From: an uncultured virus (IMG/VR IMGVR_UViG_2061766007_002010)
Taxonomy: Duplodnaviria; Heunggongvirae; Uroviricota; Caudoviricetes
Reading direction: 5' to 3' (one strand)
Length of the DNA stretch: 45,372 bases
Virus record (IMG/VR): IMGVR_UViG_2061766007_002010
The notes beneath the pieces were generated by a model. It was not told the origin of the DNA. It did not search any database and was given only the letters and a program-made list of their open reading frames with translations. Within the stretch, counting starts at the first letter, position 1, and each line of letters opens with the position of its first letter. Below, in pieces: positions 30,535 to 40,143 of this stretch. A program made the position numbers and the translations under genes.

Positions 30535-31053
30535 TCAATGATATATTGATTCATTCGTATCTAATACAGTTCTAATTTTTTCATGAAACTGTTTTAAGAA
30601 TGTCTTAGTTGACATAATTTTAGGAGTTCCCCAGAATATAGAAGGTTCTGATATAACTGGTTGAATACCAAAATATAATGGTGCATCAAATTTCTTATCT
30701 TTTAAATCCCTAAACGTGCAATGAAATATCATAGATGGAACATCGTTACCACTACAATAGTTAGTATAAACTAATCTACAATCAGCAATATGGTCATCAA
30801 TTTCATATGTTATATCACCATATAAACTGACAGTTTGAAACACATCACATTTTAAATCTTTTATACTAGGTGCAACATAGTAAGGTTCTTTTACTGATGT
30901 TACACCGCATAAATCAGATAATGCGGTATAAAATTCAAAGAACTTGTTAGCATAAGTTGCTTGTAACCTTTCTCGGTGTTCTTCGATTCGCTTAAAAAAA
31001 TATTTCTGACCTTCTTTAAAGGCAGAAAAGCCTTTACTGTCTTTTGCTTTCAT
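30535..31053 (-). CDS. Hypothetical protein
   Basis: 172-aa ORF tiling with its neighbours. Confidence 0.6.
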   Translation of the reverse strand: MKAKDSKGFSAFKEGQKYFFKRIEEHRERLQATYANKFFEFYTALSDLCGVTSVKEPYYVAPSIKDLKCDVFQTVSLYGDITYEIDDHIADCRLVYTNYCSGNDVPSMIFHCTFRDLKDKKFDAPLYFGIQPVISEPSIFWGTPKIMSTKTFLKQFHEKIRTVLDTNESIYH

Positions 31054-31054
31054 A

Positions 31055-31591
31055 CTACTTCAAGAAATTATTATATTGTTGTTGCATATTTTCAACACCA
31101 GCTTTTATTGCTGGATTGTCAGATCTCTTAGAAATCTGATTATTTAATATATTGCATAGTTTATGAATAAAAAACCGTGGAATATAATAAACAATAAGTG
31201 ACATAAAGTCAATAACAAATATAATAGAAAAAAGGACTGCTATACTTCCAGAACAGATAGCTCCAATATATAATGAAACTGGAACCATTAATGCATCTGT
31301 TTGGTCATACTTTTTATTTTGCACTTTGTCTGATACAACGATATAACAAATCGTTGCACTAAGCGCAATAAATTCACAGACAAGTACAACAATACCAAGT
31401 ATTGGTTCTGCACTATGGTCAATAATATAATCTATGCTATAAATTGTACCGACAAGGATAGCAATAAATGATAGTGCATTAATAAATCCAAATACGGTCG
31501 TTGTATCTTCATAAGAAGTATCACGCCTTTTATAATATTCCTTTGGATTCTTAATTAATTCTTTATTATTTTCTATAAAAAGTTTAAGCAT
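31055..31591 (-). CDS. Multi-pass membrane protein (paralogue family with 38776-39276 and 40144-40653)
   Basis: 3-4 hydrophobic helices; C-terminal QQQYNNFLK. Confidence 0.65.
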   Translation of the reverse strand: MLKLFIENNKELIKNPKEYYKRRDTSYEDTTTVFGFINALSFIAILVGTIYSIDYIIDHSAEPILGIVVLVCEFIALSATICYIVVSDKVQNKKYDQTDALMVPVSLYIGAICSGSIAVLFSIIFVIDFMSLIVYYIPRFFIHKLCNILNNQISKRSDNPAIKAGVENMQQQYNNFLK

Positions 31592-32075
31592 TATTTATTC
31601 CCAGTTCTTCATAAAATTGTTTTAAAATATACAATACAACGGCTTCACGAATTGTCTGTCGGTCACCATTAAAAATACGAGAAATAACGGTACTTCTGGA
31701 ACCGTTAGTAATACCCATATAAACAAGACCAACCGGTTTTCCAGGTTCTCCGCTAGGGCCAGCAAGTCCGGTTGTAGAAAGTCCCCAATGAGAATGAAAA
31801 ACTCTTCTTGCGTTTTCTGCCATCCATCTTGCACAATCTTCAGAAACAGCGCCACGTTCTGGATCATTTAAAATGTCATATGGAACATTTAAGACTTCAT
31901 TTTTTATTCGGTCCTGATATNNNNNNNNNNNNNNNNNNNNNNNNNNNNNNNNNNNNNNNNNNNNNNNNNNNNNAAGCATTCCACCAGTGAGAGACTCGGC
32001 GGTAGAAATGGTAAGATTATTTTCAATCATGAATTTTTGAATTTTTTGAGTTAATTCAGAAATTTCAACATTCAT
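31584..32075 (-). CDS. pncC: CinA C-terminal family NMN deamidase
   Basis: ISTAESLTGG, GAVSE..A..MA, STTGLAGP, KPVGLVYMGI, F.GDR..IR. Confidence 0.88.
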   Translation of the reverse strand: MNVEISELTQKIQKFMIENNLTISTAESLTGGMLXXXXXXXXXXXXXXXXXXYQDRIKNEVLNVPYDILNDPERGAVSEDCARWMAENARRVFHSHWGLSTTGLAGPSGEPGKPVGLVYMGITNGSRSTVISRIFNGDRQTIREAVVLYILKQFYEELGINNA

Positions 32076-32359
32076 TATTTTACCTCGTAGACTTTACCAT
32101 TATATTCGATTTCTCTGGATTTCTTAGGATTGCGTACTTTGACACTATCCATTTTTAGAGAGAAACCACTTGTAGATTCTGGAACTACTTGTCCACCATG
32201 TGGTTCAGAATGATGTGCAAAACATGGACCATTATATGTATCTATTGCATTATCATGAAATGTGTCAACAAATACCCAGAAAATAAAAAGTACAAACCCA
32301 GCAGCAAGAAGCATAAGTCCAGGATTAGAACGGTCGATTGTCCAATATTTTTTAGTCAT
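32075..32359 (-). CDS. Small membrane-anchored hypothetical protein
   Basis: One N-terminal TM helix; AGGAG RBS. Confidence 0.6.
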   Translation of the reverse strand: MTKKYWTIDRSNPGLMLLAAGFVLFIFWVFVDTFHDNAIDTYNGPCFAHHSEPHGGQVVPESTSGFSLKMDSVKVRNPKKSREIEYNGKVYEVK

Positions 32360-32870
32360 TATTATCTCCTATGATGAATGATGTTATCAATATCTTTTGC
32401 CAAATCCAATTCGTTTTTTCTTTTTGCCGCTTCTTGAATTTTTAATGCTTTTCTTTCTTTTCTGGAAGCATATAAATCCNNNNNNNNNNNNNNNAATTAT
32501 CGCTTTTCCTACTAGGAATTCTATTATAAGATAAATACTAAATCCAACCAATGTATTATAGACTGACCAAAGTAAATAGCATATAAATGAATGAACATGC
32601 AAATAGCATGCATTTTNNNNNNNNNNNNNNNNNNNNNNNNNNNNNNNNNNNNNNNNNNNNNNNNNNNNNNNNNNNNNNNNNNNNNNNNNNNNNNNNNNNN
32701 NNNNNNNNNNNNNNNNNNNNNNNNNNNNNNNNNNNNNNNNNNNNNNNNNNNNNNNNNNNNNNNNNNNNNNNNNNNNNNNNNNNNTTCTGCAAAAATAGCG
32801 CCGAAGTCATCATCAGTCGTATTTTTATATTCATGTCCAAATTTCAAAATTAATTCTCCTTAAATAATTT

Positions 32871-33254
32871 TTATATAACAAATATAATAAAAAGGTTGNN
32901 NNNNNNNNNNNNNNNNNNNNNNNNTGATTGTTCAATGAGCTTCTTTAATTCTTCCATATTGTCTTCTGTAAGAACGAAATCTCGAACATTTGAATGTTCT
33001 TTAGTTTTTAAGTCAAGATCGCCCAATTTCAAATAGACTTTTACGTCTTTGAAACGGTCAAAATTAAGTCCCCAACTACCAACATCATCAGAATCATCAA
33101 GGTCATGAATTTTAATATACATACGTTTTCCATAACCTTCTTGATAACGGAAACCAACATCAGTAAGCTGTCCGCCTTTCCAACAACCAATATCATAATT
33201 GGTGTTATCTATTGAACCTTCAACTTCACAATAAATTCTGCTTTTGCTAATCAT
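32871..33254 (-). CDS. Hypothetical protein (3' end in gap)
   Basis: ORF directly downstream of nadE. Confidence 0.55.
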   Translation of the reverse strand: MISKSRIYCEVEGSIDNTNYDIGCWKGGQLTDVGFRYQEGYGKRMYIKIHDLDDSDDVGSWGLNFDRFKDVKVYLKLGDLDLKTKEHSNVRDFVLTEDNMEELKKLIEQSXXXXXXXXXNLFIIFVI

Positions 33255-33265
33255 TTATTACCGTA

Positions 33266-34012
33266 TTAAATACCAAAATTTTCCAAGAAATAATCTGGAA
33301 GCTTAGGATCAAAATGCTGAATTCTAATCATTTCAAGCTTAAACTTATTTTTCTTATACATATTGACAATCTTATCGAAATTAGGACCATGAACACCCTT
33401 TCTAATAAGTTCATTAACTTCATGATAGGTAAATCCTAATTTTTCTTCATCAGACAATGGCTGAAGGCCGTCAATAGGAACCTTGTGTGTAAGTTCATGT
33501 GGCAAACCAAGGTCATCACCGATTTCGATGATTTCTTCAGTAGTCAACATATCGAGAGGAGCGAAAGAACCACAAGCATCACCCCACAATGTAGCATATC
33601 CGCAAACATTCTCACTTCTGTTGCATGTATTGGCCATCAACCAACCATGAGTCTGAGCAGTGACCATAATCTGATTAGTACGAATACGTGCACCAACATT
33701 AGTTTTTGCATCATAAGATTCTGTTGCACCTGGGACAAGTGCTAAGGATTCTTTAACCAATGTTTCAATATCTTGAACATCATAATCTATGCCAAGATGG
33801 TCAACAAGTTTATAGGAATAAGAAATGTCTTTCTGTATTCCGCAAGGGAGTAAAATACCATGGACATGTTCCTTACCAAGTGCCGCAACACCAATGCCAG
33901 CAGCGACAGAACTATCTTTACCGCCAGAAACGCCAAGAACCATATCCGTTACACCAAGCTTATCAAATGTATACTTGGTCCAATCTACAACTTGTTGAGT
34001 TAATTCTTTCAT
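33266..34012 (-). CDS. nadE: NH3-dependent NAD+ synthetase
   Basis: VLGVSGGKDS P-loop, TNVGARIR, NTCNRSE...GYATLWGD, DEEKLGFTY; 248 aa with no glutaminase domain. Confidence 0.93.
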   Translation of the reverse strand: MKELTQQVVDWTKYTFDKLGVTDMVLGVSGGKDSSVAAGIGVAALGKEHVHGILLPCGIQKDISYSYKLVDHLGIDYDVQDIETLVKESLALVPGATESYDAKTNVGARIRTNQIMVTAQTHGWLMANTCNRSENVCGYATLWGDACGSFAPLDMLTTEEIIEIGDDLGLPHELTHKVPIDGLQPLSDEEKLGFTYHEVNELIRKGVHGPNFDKIVNMYKKNKFKLEMIRIQHFDPKLPDYFLENFGI

Positions 34013-34338
34013 AATTTTATCCTTATATTAAATTTTAAATCTTATATTGTCAAAGATAGAAAAGAAATATAAAGCGAAATGTAAAATTATTTTTTACGTT
34101 CATCTTTCAATTTATTTTCATCATGGCCAAACCAACGGATATTCCACAGGTCTTTCCTGATTTCATTTAACGTATTTCTTTCTTTGACGATTACACCTCC
34201 TACTAGTGTAACTCCCAAAATTGCCAGAATTCCTTTTAGTAATTTATTCATTTTNNNNNNNNNNNNNNNNNNNNNNNNNNNNNNNNNNNNNNNNNNNNTC
34301 AATATGAAAATTATTCATACTGAAACCGTCAGAATTAT

Positions 34339-34536
34339 TTAATTCGCTAAGAAATCGTTAAACTTTTCTACAAGCTCGGAAATACCGCTCTTGTCGACGC
34401 TAATCGTCTGTTTCATGTGCTTTCTAACTCGTTCCGCACGCTTGTTAACAATTTCTTCAATATAACTGTCAAGCAAAGACATATCTCTGAAGATAGCAGA
34501 ACGTTGGGTTTTATTGTATTTGTAGTTGTATCGCAT
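34339..34536 (-). CDS. Hypothetical protein
   Basis: 65-aa ORF with AAGGA RBS. Confidence 0.55.
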   Translation of the reverse strand: MRYNYKYNKTQRSAIFRDMSLLDSYIEEIVNKRAERVRKHMKQTISVDKSGISELVEKFNDFLAN

Positions 34537-34558
34537 GTGTTTCCTTTTTATTGTTTAA

Positions 34559-34876
34559 TTATCCTAAAATTGTTCGGCCTTTAGGCAGTTCCTGTCGTCC
34601 AGCCTTAGCTTTCTTACCTTCAAGTAATTCTGTAAATTTATCAGCAAGTTTACCAGCATCAGATTTTTCAATCTGCGGAATTTCTGGTTCTTTTGGTTGT
34701 TCAACAACCTTCTTTTTAATAGTACGCTTTCTTTTGGGACGTGCTGGTACAGGTTTATCATATCTGACGCAAATATTATCTAATTGATCACCTATTGCAT
34801 CCAATTGATCACCAATTTTATCCATTGTACTATCAATTAAATCAAAAAGACTATCACTATTATACATATATCTCAT
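34559..34876 (-). CDS. Hypothetical protein with short IGDQLD tandem repeat
   Basis: 105-aa ORF; DKIGDQLDAIGDQLDNI. Confidence 0.55.
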   Translation of the reverse strand: MRYMYNSDSLFDLIDSTMDKIGDQLDAIGDQLDNICVRYDKPVPARPKRKRTIKKKVVEQPKEPEIPQIEKSDAGKLADKFTELLEGKKAKAGRQELPKGRTILG

Positions 34877-34877
34877 T

Positions 34878-35696
34878 TTATCCTAAAATTGATTTAAATA
34901 CATTATAATTAGTATCGTCTCTTCCACAGAATACTGCAAATTCAATATTCTTAAAGTTATTAATAAATTCTGGAAGAATATTCTTATATGACTGTGCTAC
35001 AATTTCTGGTTTATTTTTAAATGCACCACAACCAAATGCACCGAGAATAACCGTTTTATTACCATGTTCAGCCGCAACACGAAGAATGTTTCTTCCACGG
35101 TTTTCATGTAGCTTTAATAATTCAGCATCAGAAATCTTCGGTTTTTCACCACGTTCGTGGTTATATGCATTTGCTGGGGTTTCTCTTAAATTAGGAGCAG
35201 CACAAGTAATAACGTTTACAACAAATGGCCTGTAAAGGTTATTGTAATTATCAGATTTAATAATGTAGATATTGGGCGAATAGATAATATCATCATTATG
35301 AAGAGCGTTTCCATGCTCCTTATGGAGCTTGTAGAACGGTTCATTGAATTTGACATTAGAAAGCACAGGGTAAAGTGTAGAACAGCGACAGAGACACTCT
35401 TCTTGTGCCGTAGAGCCCTTTGTAACACCACCGCCAGGATTAGTTGCAGAAGCAAAGTTAAGAACTGCAACCTTACCGCCATAATTTCTAGCAGCATTAA
35501 NNNNNNNNNNNNNNNNAACTGTTGCAGGTCCAATAACAGCAGGTGTCTGAAAAGCTGCTTCATTTAAATACTTTTCTGTATAAATCTTGGAATCATTTAC
35601 GGATTTAATGACAGAACTAGTTAAAATCGCGTCGTTATCAATCTGTGAAATAGTGTTCCTAAAAATTTTAATATTTTCATCTTTAATATCACCCAT
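34878..35696 (-). CDS. TIGR02452/DUF2263 bacterial-type poly(ADP-ribose) glycohydrolase-like macrodomain
   Basis: VLNFASATNPGGGVTKGSTAQEECLCRCSTLY (GGG-x-QEE PARG signature), IYSP, ITCAAPN, ILGAFGCGAFKN. Confidence 0.9.
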   Translation of the reverse strand: MGDIKDENIKIFRNTISQIDNDAILTSSVIKSVNDSKIYTEKYLNEAAFQTPAVIGPATVXXXXXXNAARNYGGKVAVLNFASATNPGGGVTKGSTAQEECLCRCSTLYPVLSNVKFNEPFYKLHKEHGNALHNDDIIYSPNIYIIKSDNYNNLYRPFVVNVITCAAPNLRETPANAYNHERGEKPKISDAELLKLHENRGRNILRVAAEHGNKTVILGAFGCGAFKNKPEIVAQSYKNILPEFINNFKNIEFAVFCGRDDTNYNVFKSILG

Positions 35697-35947
35697 GTTC
35701 TACCCAATTATTAAAATTTTTTAATGTCTTTTTAAGTTTCGGTTCAATTTTTGCATTTGTAAAATCAGCTGCATCCATGTGGTCTTTTGCAAGACCTAAC
35801 CATCNNNNNNNNNNNNNNNNNNNNNNNNNNNNNNNNNNNNNNNNNNNNNNNNNNNNNNNNNNNNNNNNNNNNNNNNNNNNNNNNNNNNNNCAAATGTTGC
35901 TATAATACAAAACAATGTTTCCATATTTTATTTCCTTTTAAAGTTAG

Positions 35948-36297
35948 TGGATGCGGGGTGATTCGAACACCCGTCTTAAGCAACTTCAATATCCGTTCCT
36001 ACAAGTTTTCCCTTCGAATTTACTTATTCGTCACACTTATGCCCTGAAGGTCGGCGTCAGTGTAAACTAGCCTGTAAACTTCAGAAATAATACACAGACT
36101 TAATTATTTCCTAATCCATTTGCGACCGAACTCTACACCCAATGGATGAACGGTATAGGTTCAGGGTTGCTATAAATTAAGCAGCCATTGCGTAAGTGTT
36201 AGCACTTATCTTTTTCAGACTTTTTTACAAGAACCCTCGTCTGAGACCTTGACTTGCAACTAATACCTCTGCTACCCAATCGAAACCAGGCGCACCC
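35948..36297 (-). ncRNA. ssrA: tmRNA (about 350 nt) encoding tag ANTYAMAA
   Basis: 5' GGGTGCG-CCT-GGTTTCGA pairs with 3' CGCATCC-A, giving the G3:U alanine determinant. T-arm GGGTG-TTCGAAT-CACCC. Resume context ATAAGT-GCT and tag ORF at 36177-36203. CCA is not encoded. Confidence 0.93.
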
Positions 36298-36303
36298 TAA
36301 ATT

Positions 36304-36810
36304 TTAATCATCATCGTCATTATCATCATCGGCATAAGTTTTCTTTAATGTTGAAAGCTTAATACCTTCTTCAAATTGTTTTAGTAAAATACATTGTTCA
36401 CTTAATGCATTCAAATCATTAAGTAAACCTGTTTCAATATATTCTAATACATCTTTTGCCTTAACATATGACTCTTTATATGTAGCCGAATCATATGGAA
36501 TATTGTCGGTAGAAACACGACTATTACCATACACAATTTCACGACCCACAGAATAATGTGAGTAGTAATCATAATCTTCCCAAAAACAAATTAACGGTTT
36601 TGGAAGGATAATCCCTTTACCCGATTTACCGCAATTCTGAACTTCAGGATTATAGATTTTGATATATGCGCCATATCCTTCACCTATATCATAAGTACGA
36701 TATTTTGCAGACTGCTTATATTTAACTGTTTCATCATTAGTAATGATAACATAGCCAGTATCTTTTAACTTAGCTTGAATTGCATTAAAAATCTGCTTGA
36801 AATATCTCAT
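36304..36810 (-). CDS. Hypothetical protein
   Basis: 168-aa ORF ending 6 bp before the tmRNA 5' end. Confidence 0.65.
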   Translation of the reverse strand: MRYFKQIFNAIQAKLKDTGYVIITNDETVKYKQSAKYRTYDIGEGYGAYIKIYNPEVQNCGKSGKGIILPKPLICFWEDYDYYSHYSVGREIVYGNSRVSTDNIPYDSATYKESYVKAKDVLEYIETGLLNDLNALSEQCILLKQFEEGIKLSTLKKTYADDDNDDDD

Positions 36811-36848
36811 GTATTANNNNNNNNNNNTTGTCAACCCTTATTATATTC

Positions 36849-37178
36849 TTATTTCCACTTAATGTCTTCAGTCTTAAGTTTACTATCGCAATATTCCCGA
36901 TAATGACGTTTGACTTCAATCGTGTCTTTTTCAGTATTTGGGTCATCATCATTATTTAAATAATTAGCAAATTCAATAGCTTCTGCTTTGGTAGAAAATT
37001 CTCTGCTTGCTGGAAACGCACTAGAATCTCCCGTCCAAGGTTCATATTGGTCCCAATAAACAAAGAATGACTCATATGTTATATTGTTATAAAAATTTGC
37101 TGTTTTCTTAACTACTTTAACCGCATCAGCCATAGCAGGATGACCAATCGCTTTTATAGGTTCATTCAATAAAATCAT
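36849..37178 (-). CDS. Hypothetical protein
   Basis: 109-aa ORF with GAGG RBS. Confidence 0.65.
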   Translation of the reverse strand: MILLNEPIKAIGHPAMADAVKVVKKTANFYNNITYESFFVYWDQYEPWTGDSSAFPASREFSTKAEAIEFANYLNNDDDPNTEKDTIEVKRHYREYCDSKLKTEDIKWK

Positions 37179-37194
37179 AAAATACCTCTATAAT

Positions 37195-37225
37195 AAAAAA
37201 GTGAGATTGTCGCCAACCTCACTTT
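37195..37225 (-). terminator. Intrinsic terminator after the PspA-like gene
   Basis: Minus RNA AAAGUGAGGUUG-GCGA-CAAUCUCACUUUUUU (GNRA loop). Confidence 0.8.
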
Positions 37226-37249
37226 AATTTATTTAGGAGAAAAATTCAA

Positions 37250-37900
37250 TTAAGCGTTAGCTTCCTTGAAGGCCTTAACAACTTCGTCGAATTCGCTGTC
37301 GAGAGCGACGGTAACGGTGTCAGTCTTCTTGGACTTGCCAGTGATTTCGGCAATTTCCTGCTTAGCTTCGATGTGGAACTGAGTGTTCTTTACTTCGTTT
37401 TCGATTTCAGCAATCATTTCGTTGCAATCGATACCGAAGTCACCGATCTTGTTACGGTCACACATCTTGAGCGTGTCGATCTGGACCTGGAGAGCAGTCA
37501 ACTTAGCTTCGATGAGAGCCTTGTTAGTGTCGATGTTCTTCAAGGTGTCACGAACCTGAACACACTGCTTTTCAGTATTCTGCCAGGCAGTTTCGATCGT
37601 GTCACGAGCAGTCTTCATGCCCTTGAAAACGATGTACTTGACCTTAGCTTCGTCAATACGGTCCTGACCAATCAAGGTTTCATAGACCTTCTTGCAAGCG
37701 TTGGTCTTTTCATCGAGCTCTTCAAACTTGGCCTTAAGCTCCTTTGCGTTGACCAGCATATCTTCAGCCGACTTAATGTAATTAGCGGCGTTCTTATTAT
37801 ACTGGTAACGGATTTCTTCGATCTTATCCTTCGTGGAGATGAGACCTTCGAGACCGCGCTGAGCCTTGTGAGCAAAGATTTTAAAGATGTTGAACTTCAT
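37250..37900 (-). CDS. PspA/IM30-like long coiled-coil protein
   Basis: 216 aa, amphipathic N-terminus MKFNIFKIFAHKAQRGLEGL, continuous helical heptads, central G..DEAK and C-terminal LDSEFDEV. Has its own promoter and terminator; strongly biased codons. Confidence 0.55.
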   Translation of the reverse strand: MKFNIFKIFAHKAQRGLEGLISTKDKIEEIRYQYNKNAANYIKSAEDMLVNAKELKAKFEELDEKTNACKKVYETLIGQDRIDEAKVKYIVFKGMKTARDTIETAWQNTEKQCVQVRDTLKNIDTNKALIEAKLTALQVQIDTLKMCDRNKIGDFGIDCNEMIAEIENEVKNTQFHIEAKQEIAEITGKSKKTDTVTVALDSEFDEVVKAFKEANA

Positions 37901-37953
37901 AGTGTTTGTTTCCTTATTGTTGAATTGTTTAAATTGTTTTTGTTTATGTTTTA

Positions 37954-37982
37954 AATATAGTAAATTGTTTTTGGTTTGTAAA
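37954..37982 (-). promoter_or_regulatory. Early-type promoter TTTACA-N17-TATATT
   Basis: GGGGTTTACA...TACTATATT with a 17-bp spacer. Confidence 0.75.
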
Positions 37983-37995
37983 CCCCTTTTTTAAA

Positions 37996-38247
37996 CTATC
38001 GTGCGGTAAGCTTGGTTGGGGTTTCGAAATTGCCAGAATTAACTGACGAATCGACATGCACGATTAGTTTGGATGGCTCGTAATTTACCGCCACCGGATT
38101 GGGCATGTATAAATTAATGCTCTCAATCGACTTGTCGTCATTTACCATATCCTTTGGAGTAGATAAATATGAACCAGTCAAATAAGTAACTGCTGCAATC
38201 ACGATAACCGCGACGCTTGAAGCTACATACTTTAATGTTTTATTCAT
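37996..38247 (-). CDS. Small membrane-anchored/secreted hypothetical protein
   Basis: N-terminal hydrophobic helix; AAGGA RBS. Confidence 0.6.
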   Translation of the reverse strand: MNKTLKYVASSVAVIVIAAVTYLTGSYLSTPKDMVNDDKSIESINLYMPNPVAVNYEPSKLIVHVDSSVNSGNFETPTKLTAR

Positions 38248-38287
38248 TATTTTTCCTTGTTATTAGGTGATTTGTTTTACGTGATTA

Positions 38288-38316
38288 AATATAGTATTAT
38301 TCAATGAAGTTGTAAA
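38288..38316 (-). promoter_or_regulatory. Early-type promoter TTTACA-N17-TATATT
   Basis: GGGGTTTACA...TACTATATT; overlaps the end of the upstream gene. Confidence 0.7.
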
Positions 38317-38779
38317 CCCCTAATTGACGCATTATTTCTCGTTTATAATGAAGCATATTAATTGGTGTATAACCATCAAGACTAGTAATTTCAATACTGA
38401 AAAACTTATAAACAAGTGCGTCATTTAAAGAGTTTAATTCATCCATAATAACATTATGAACATCAGTGGCAAAACGTTCATAAGGATAGTCTTCATATAA
38501 TGTATTTTCAAAGCTATGAATTATAGCATTACTTCTGACTGTTATCATAGAACGACATTTTTCAATCATACAACGTTCTTGGAACGAAGTATATGCAATT
38601 TTTTCACCAAACAAATCTATATAACCTTGAATTGGATGGTCAAGATACATTAAAAACTTATTATATGCTTTTATAACTTCTGATAGCTTGACACTAATAT
38701 CCTTTCGACATGGCGGTGGCGATGGAGGAGCTGGTCTATACATAGTGGTTNNNNNNNNNNNNNNNNNNCTGTCAATCAT
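38297..38779 (-). CDS. Hypothetical protein with Pro-rich N-terminus
   Basis: 160-aa ORF with one gap; ATGA overlap with the upstream gene. Confidence 0.55.
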   Translation of the reverse strand: MIDXXXXXXXTTMYRPAPPSPPPCRKDISVKLSEVIKAYNKFLMYLDHPIQGYIDLFGEKIAYTSFQERCMIEKCRSMITVRSNAIIHSFENTLYEDYPYERFATDVHNVIMDELNSLNDALVYKFFSIEITSLDGYTPINMLHYKREIMRQLGVYNFIE

Positions 38780-39276
38780 TTAGAAATTAAATTATTATAT
38801 TCATTAATAATGGATTGCTTATATATTTCTGGTTGTTTTGATTTTAATCTGGCAAATACCTTAGCAATATTTTTAGAATTCATATTGTTTTCGAACCAGA
38901 CACATACAACTTTAAATATGCAGCATAATACTTTTAAAACAACAAAAATTGCTACAATCGGCGTAAGTAAAACAGTTCCGCCAAAAACTACATTAACTAA
39001 GAAATAAAATGTTCCTTCATAATAATCATCATGATATTTGTCACATGCAATAAACAAACAAATATCTCCAATTATCGACATTATAAGATAAACGAAAGGA
39101 ATATATTTATGTGCTTTTAAAAAGTCTATAATTTCACCATCTGGAGCACTAGGTCCAAATGCAAAACAAAACATTAATATTACAGCAATAACTTGAATAA
39201 TTGCTTCAATACTAATTATAAGAGGAACGAATGTTGTATCATCTTCCCATAAAATTTTGTCTAAAAATTCTTCCAT
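38776..39276 (-). CDS. Multi-pass membrane protein (paralogue family)
   Basis: 3-4 TM helices; C-terminal IINEYNNLISK. Confidence 0.65.
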   Translation of the reverse strand: MEEFLDKILWEDDTTFVPLIISIEAIIQVIAVILMFCFAFGPSAPDGEIIDFLKAHKYIPFVYLIMSIIGDICLFIACDKYHDDYYEGTFYFLVNVVFGGTVLLTPIVAIFVVLKVLCCIFKVVCVWFENNMNSKNIAKVFARLKSKQPEIYKQSIINEYNNLISK

Positions 39277-39279
39277 ATA

Positions 39280-39591
39280 TTACCTATAAACCTGTGGAAC
39301 TAATGTGTATGATGTAAGACCATTGCCACCTTCAACAGTGACAGTTTGGTCAATTTTTGTTGGAACAAATGGAACTTTGGATATAGTAGTAACATGATTA
39401 CGTCTATATTCAATAATACTTTGTTCCATAGCTTCCATTCTTTTTTCTGCTGTAATTTTATAATTATCGTAATTGCTCGTACGGATAAAAGTAACGTTAA
39501 GAATAATACCGGCAAAAAGCAGAACTATTGATGCTATAACTGTTATTAAAGTATAATCTTCAAAATGGTCTCGTCTATGTTCTGTACGCAT
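39280..39591 (-). CDS. Single-pass membrane hypothetical protein
   Basis: One TM helix near the N-terminus. Confidence 0.6.
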   Translation of the reverse strand: MRTEHRRDHFEDYTLITVIASIVLLFAGIILNVTFIRTSNYDNYKITAEKRMEAMEQSIIEYRRNHVTTISKVPFVPTKIDQTVTVEGGNGLTSYTLVPQVYR

Positions 39592-39593
39592 TA

Positions 39594-40109
39594 TTACCTC
39601 TGGAAATAGTCGTTAAGATGTTCAAGTGTTTTAGGAAGACTTTGAACCACTTTTGTTTCAATTTCTGCAGCCTTTTTAAATTTCCAATTTTTGTATCTAC
39701 GCTTTGATGTTAACAAGAATATAGATGCTTCTGTCAATGGTAATATATAATACCAATAATTACAAGAATTTGTTGAAATAATTGCAGAAATAATACCTAT
39801 TAAAAAGAAATATCCTGCAAGAATCATAAGTCTAGTAAACCAGAATGAAGCTAATGGTGTTGTACGTGGATAAGTGATTTCTTTTTCAGCAAAATATGAC
39901 TCATGTATTTCTTTTAACTGTGCGTCACTAATAAGATACTTAGCTTTTAAATCTCTATATTTTGCAAGACGCTTATCTAAATCACAATCGCATTCAGTAT
40001 TGGTTGCTTTCTTTGTATACATGGTATTTTTTGCCTCTGTTGGCACTCCCATGATTGCTAAAATAACACCAAATACAAGTATTACTTCAACTATGACTTT
40101 TTTCCACAT
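39594..40109 (-). CDS. Membrane protein (C-terminus similar to N-terminal half of 40807-41418)
   Basis: Signal/TM segments; KRRYKNWKFKK...SLPKTLEHLNDYF. Confidence 0.6.
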   Translation of the reverse strand: MWKKVIVEVILVFGVILAIMGVPTEAKNTMYTKKATNTECDCDLDKRLAKYRDLKAKYLISDAQLKEIHESYFAEKEITYPRTTPLASFWFTRLMILAGYFFLIGIISAIISTNSCNYWYYILPLTEASIFLLTSKRRYKNWKFKKAAEIETKVVQSLPKTLEHLNDYFQR

Positions 40110-40143
40110 TTTGGTTGTCCTTATAGGTTGAGAATATTAATGA

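Noticed and set aside
32387..32863. Several overlapping ORFs (also 25872-26132, 34087-34302, 35689-35910, 40571-40828)
   Set aside because: They consist largely of N-runs. Genes probably exist there, but frame, ends and product cannot be supported.
34025..34053. TTGACA-N17-TAATAT promoter directly before nadE
   Set aside because: The spacing is right, but the predicted start site would fall within or after the RBS and the -10 differs from the repeated TATATT consensus. Left uncalled.
35948..35975. Stand-alone tRNA gene
   Set aside because: The T-arm and acceptor half pair with sequence 350 nt away, with a tag ORF in between. It is the 3' end of tmRNA.
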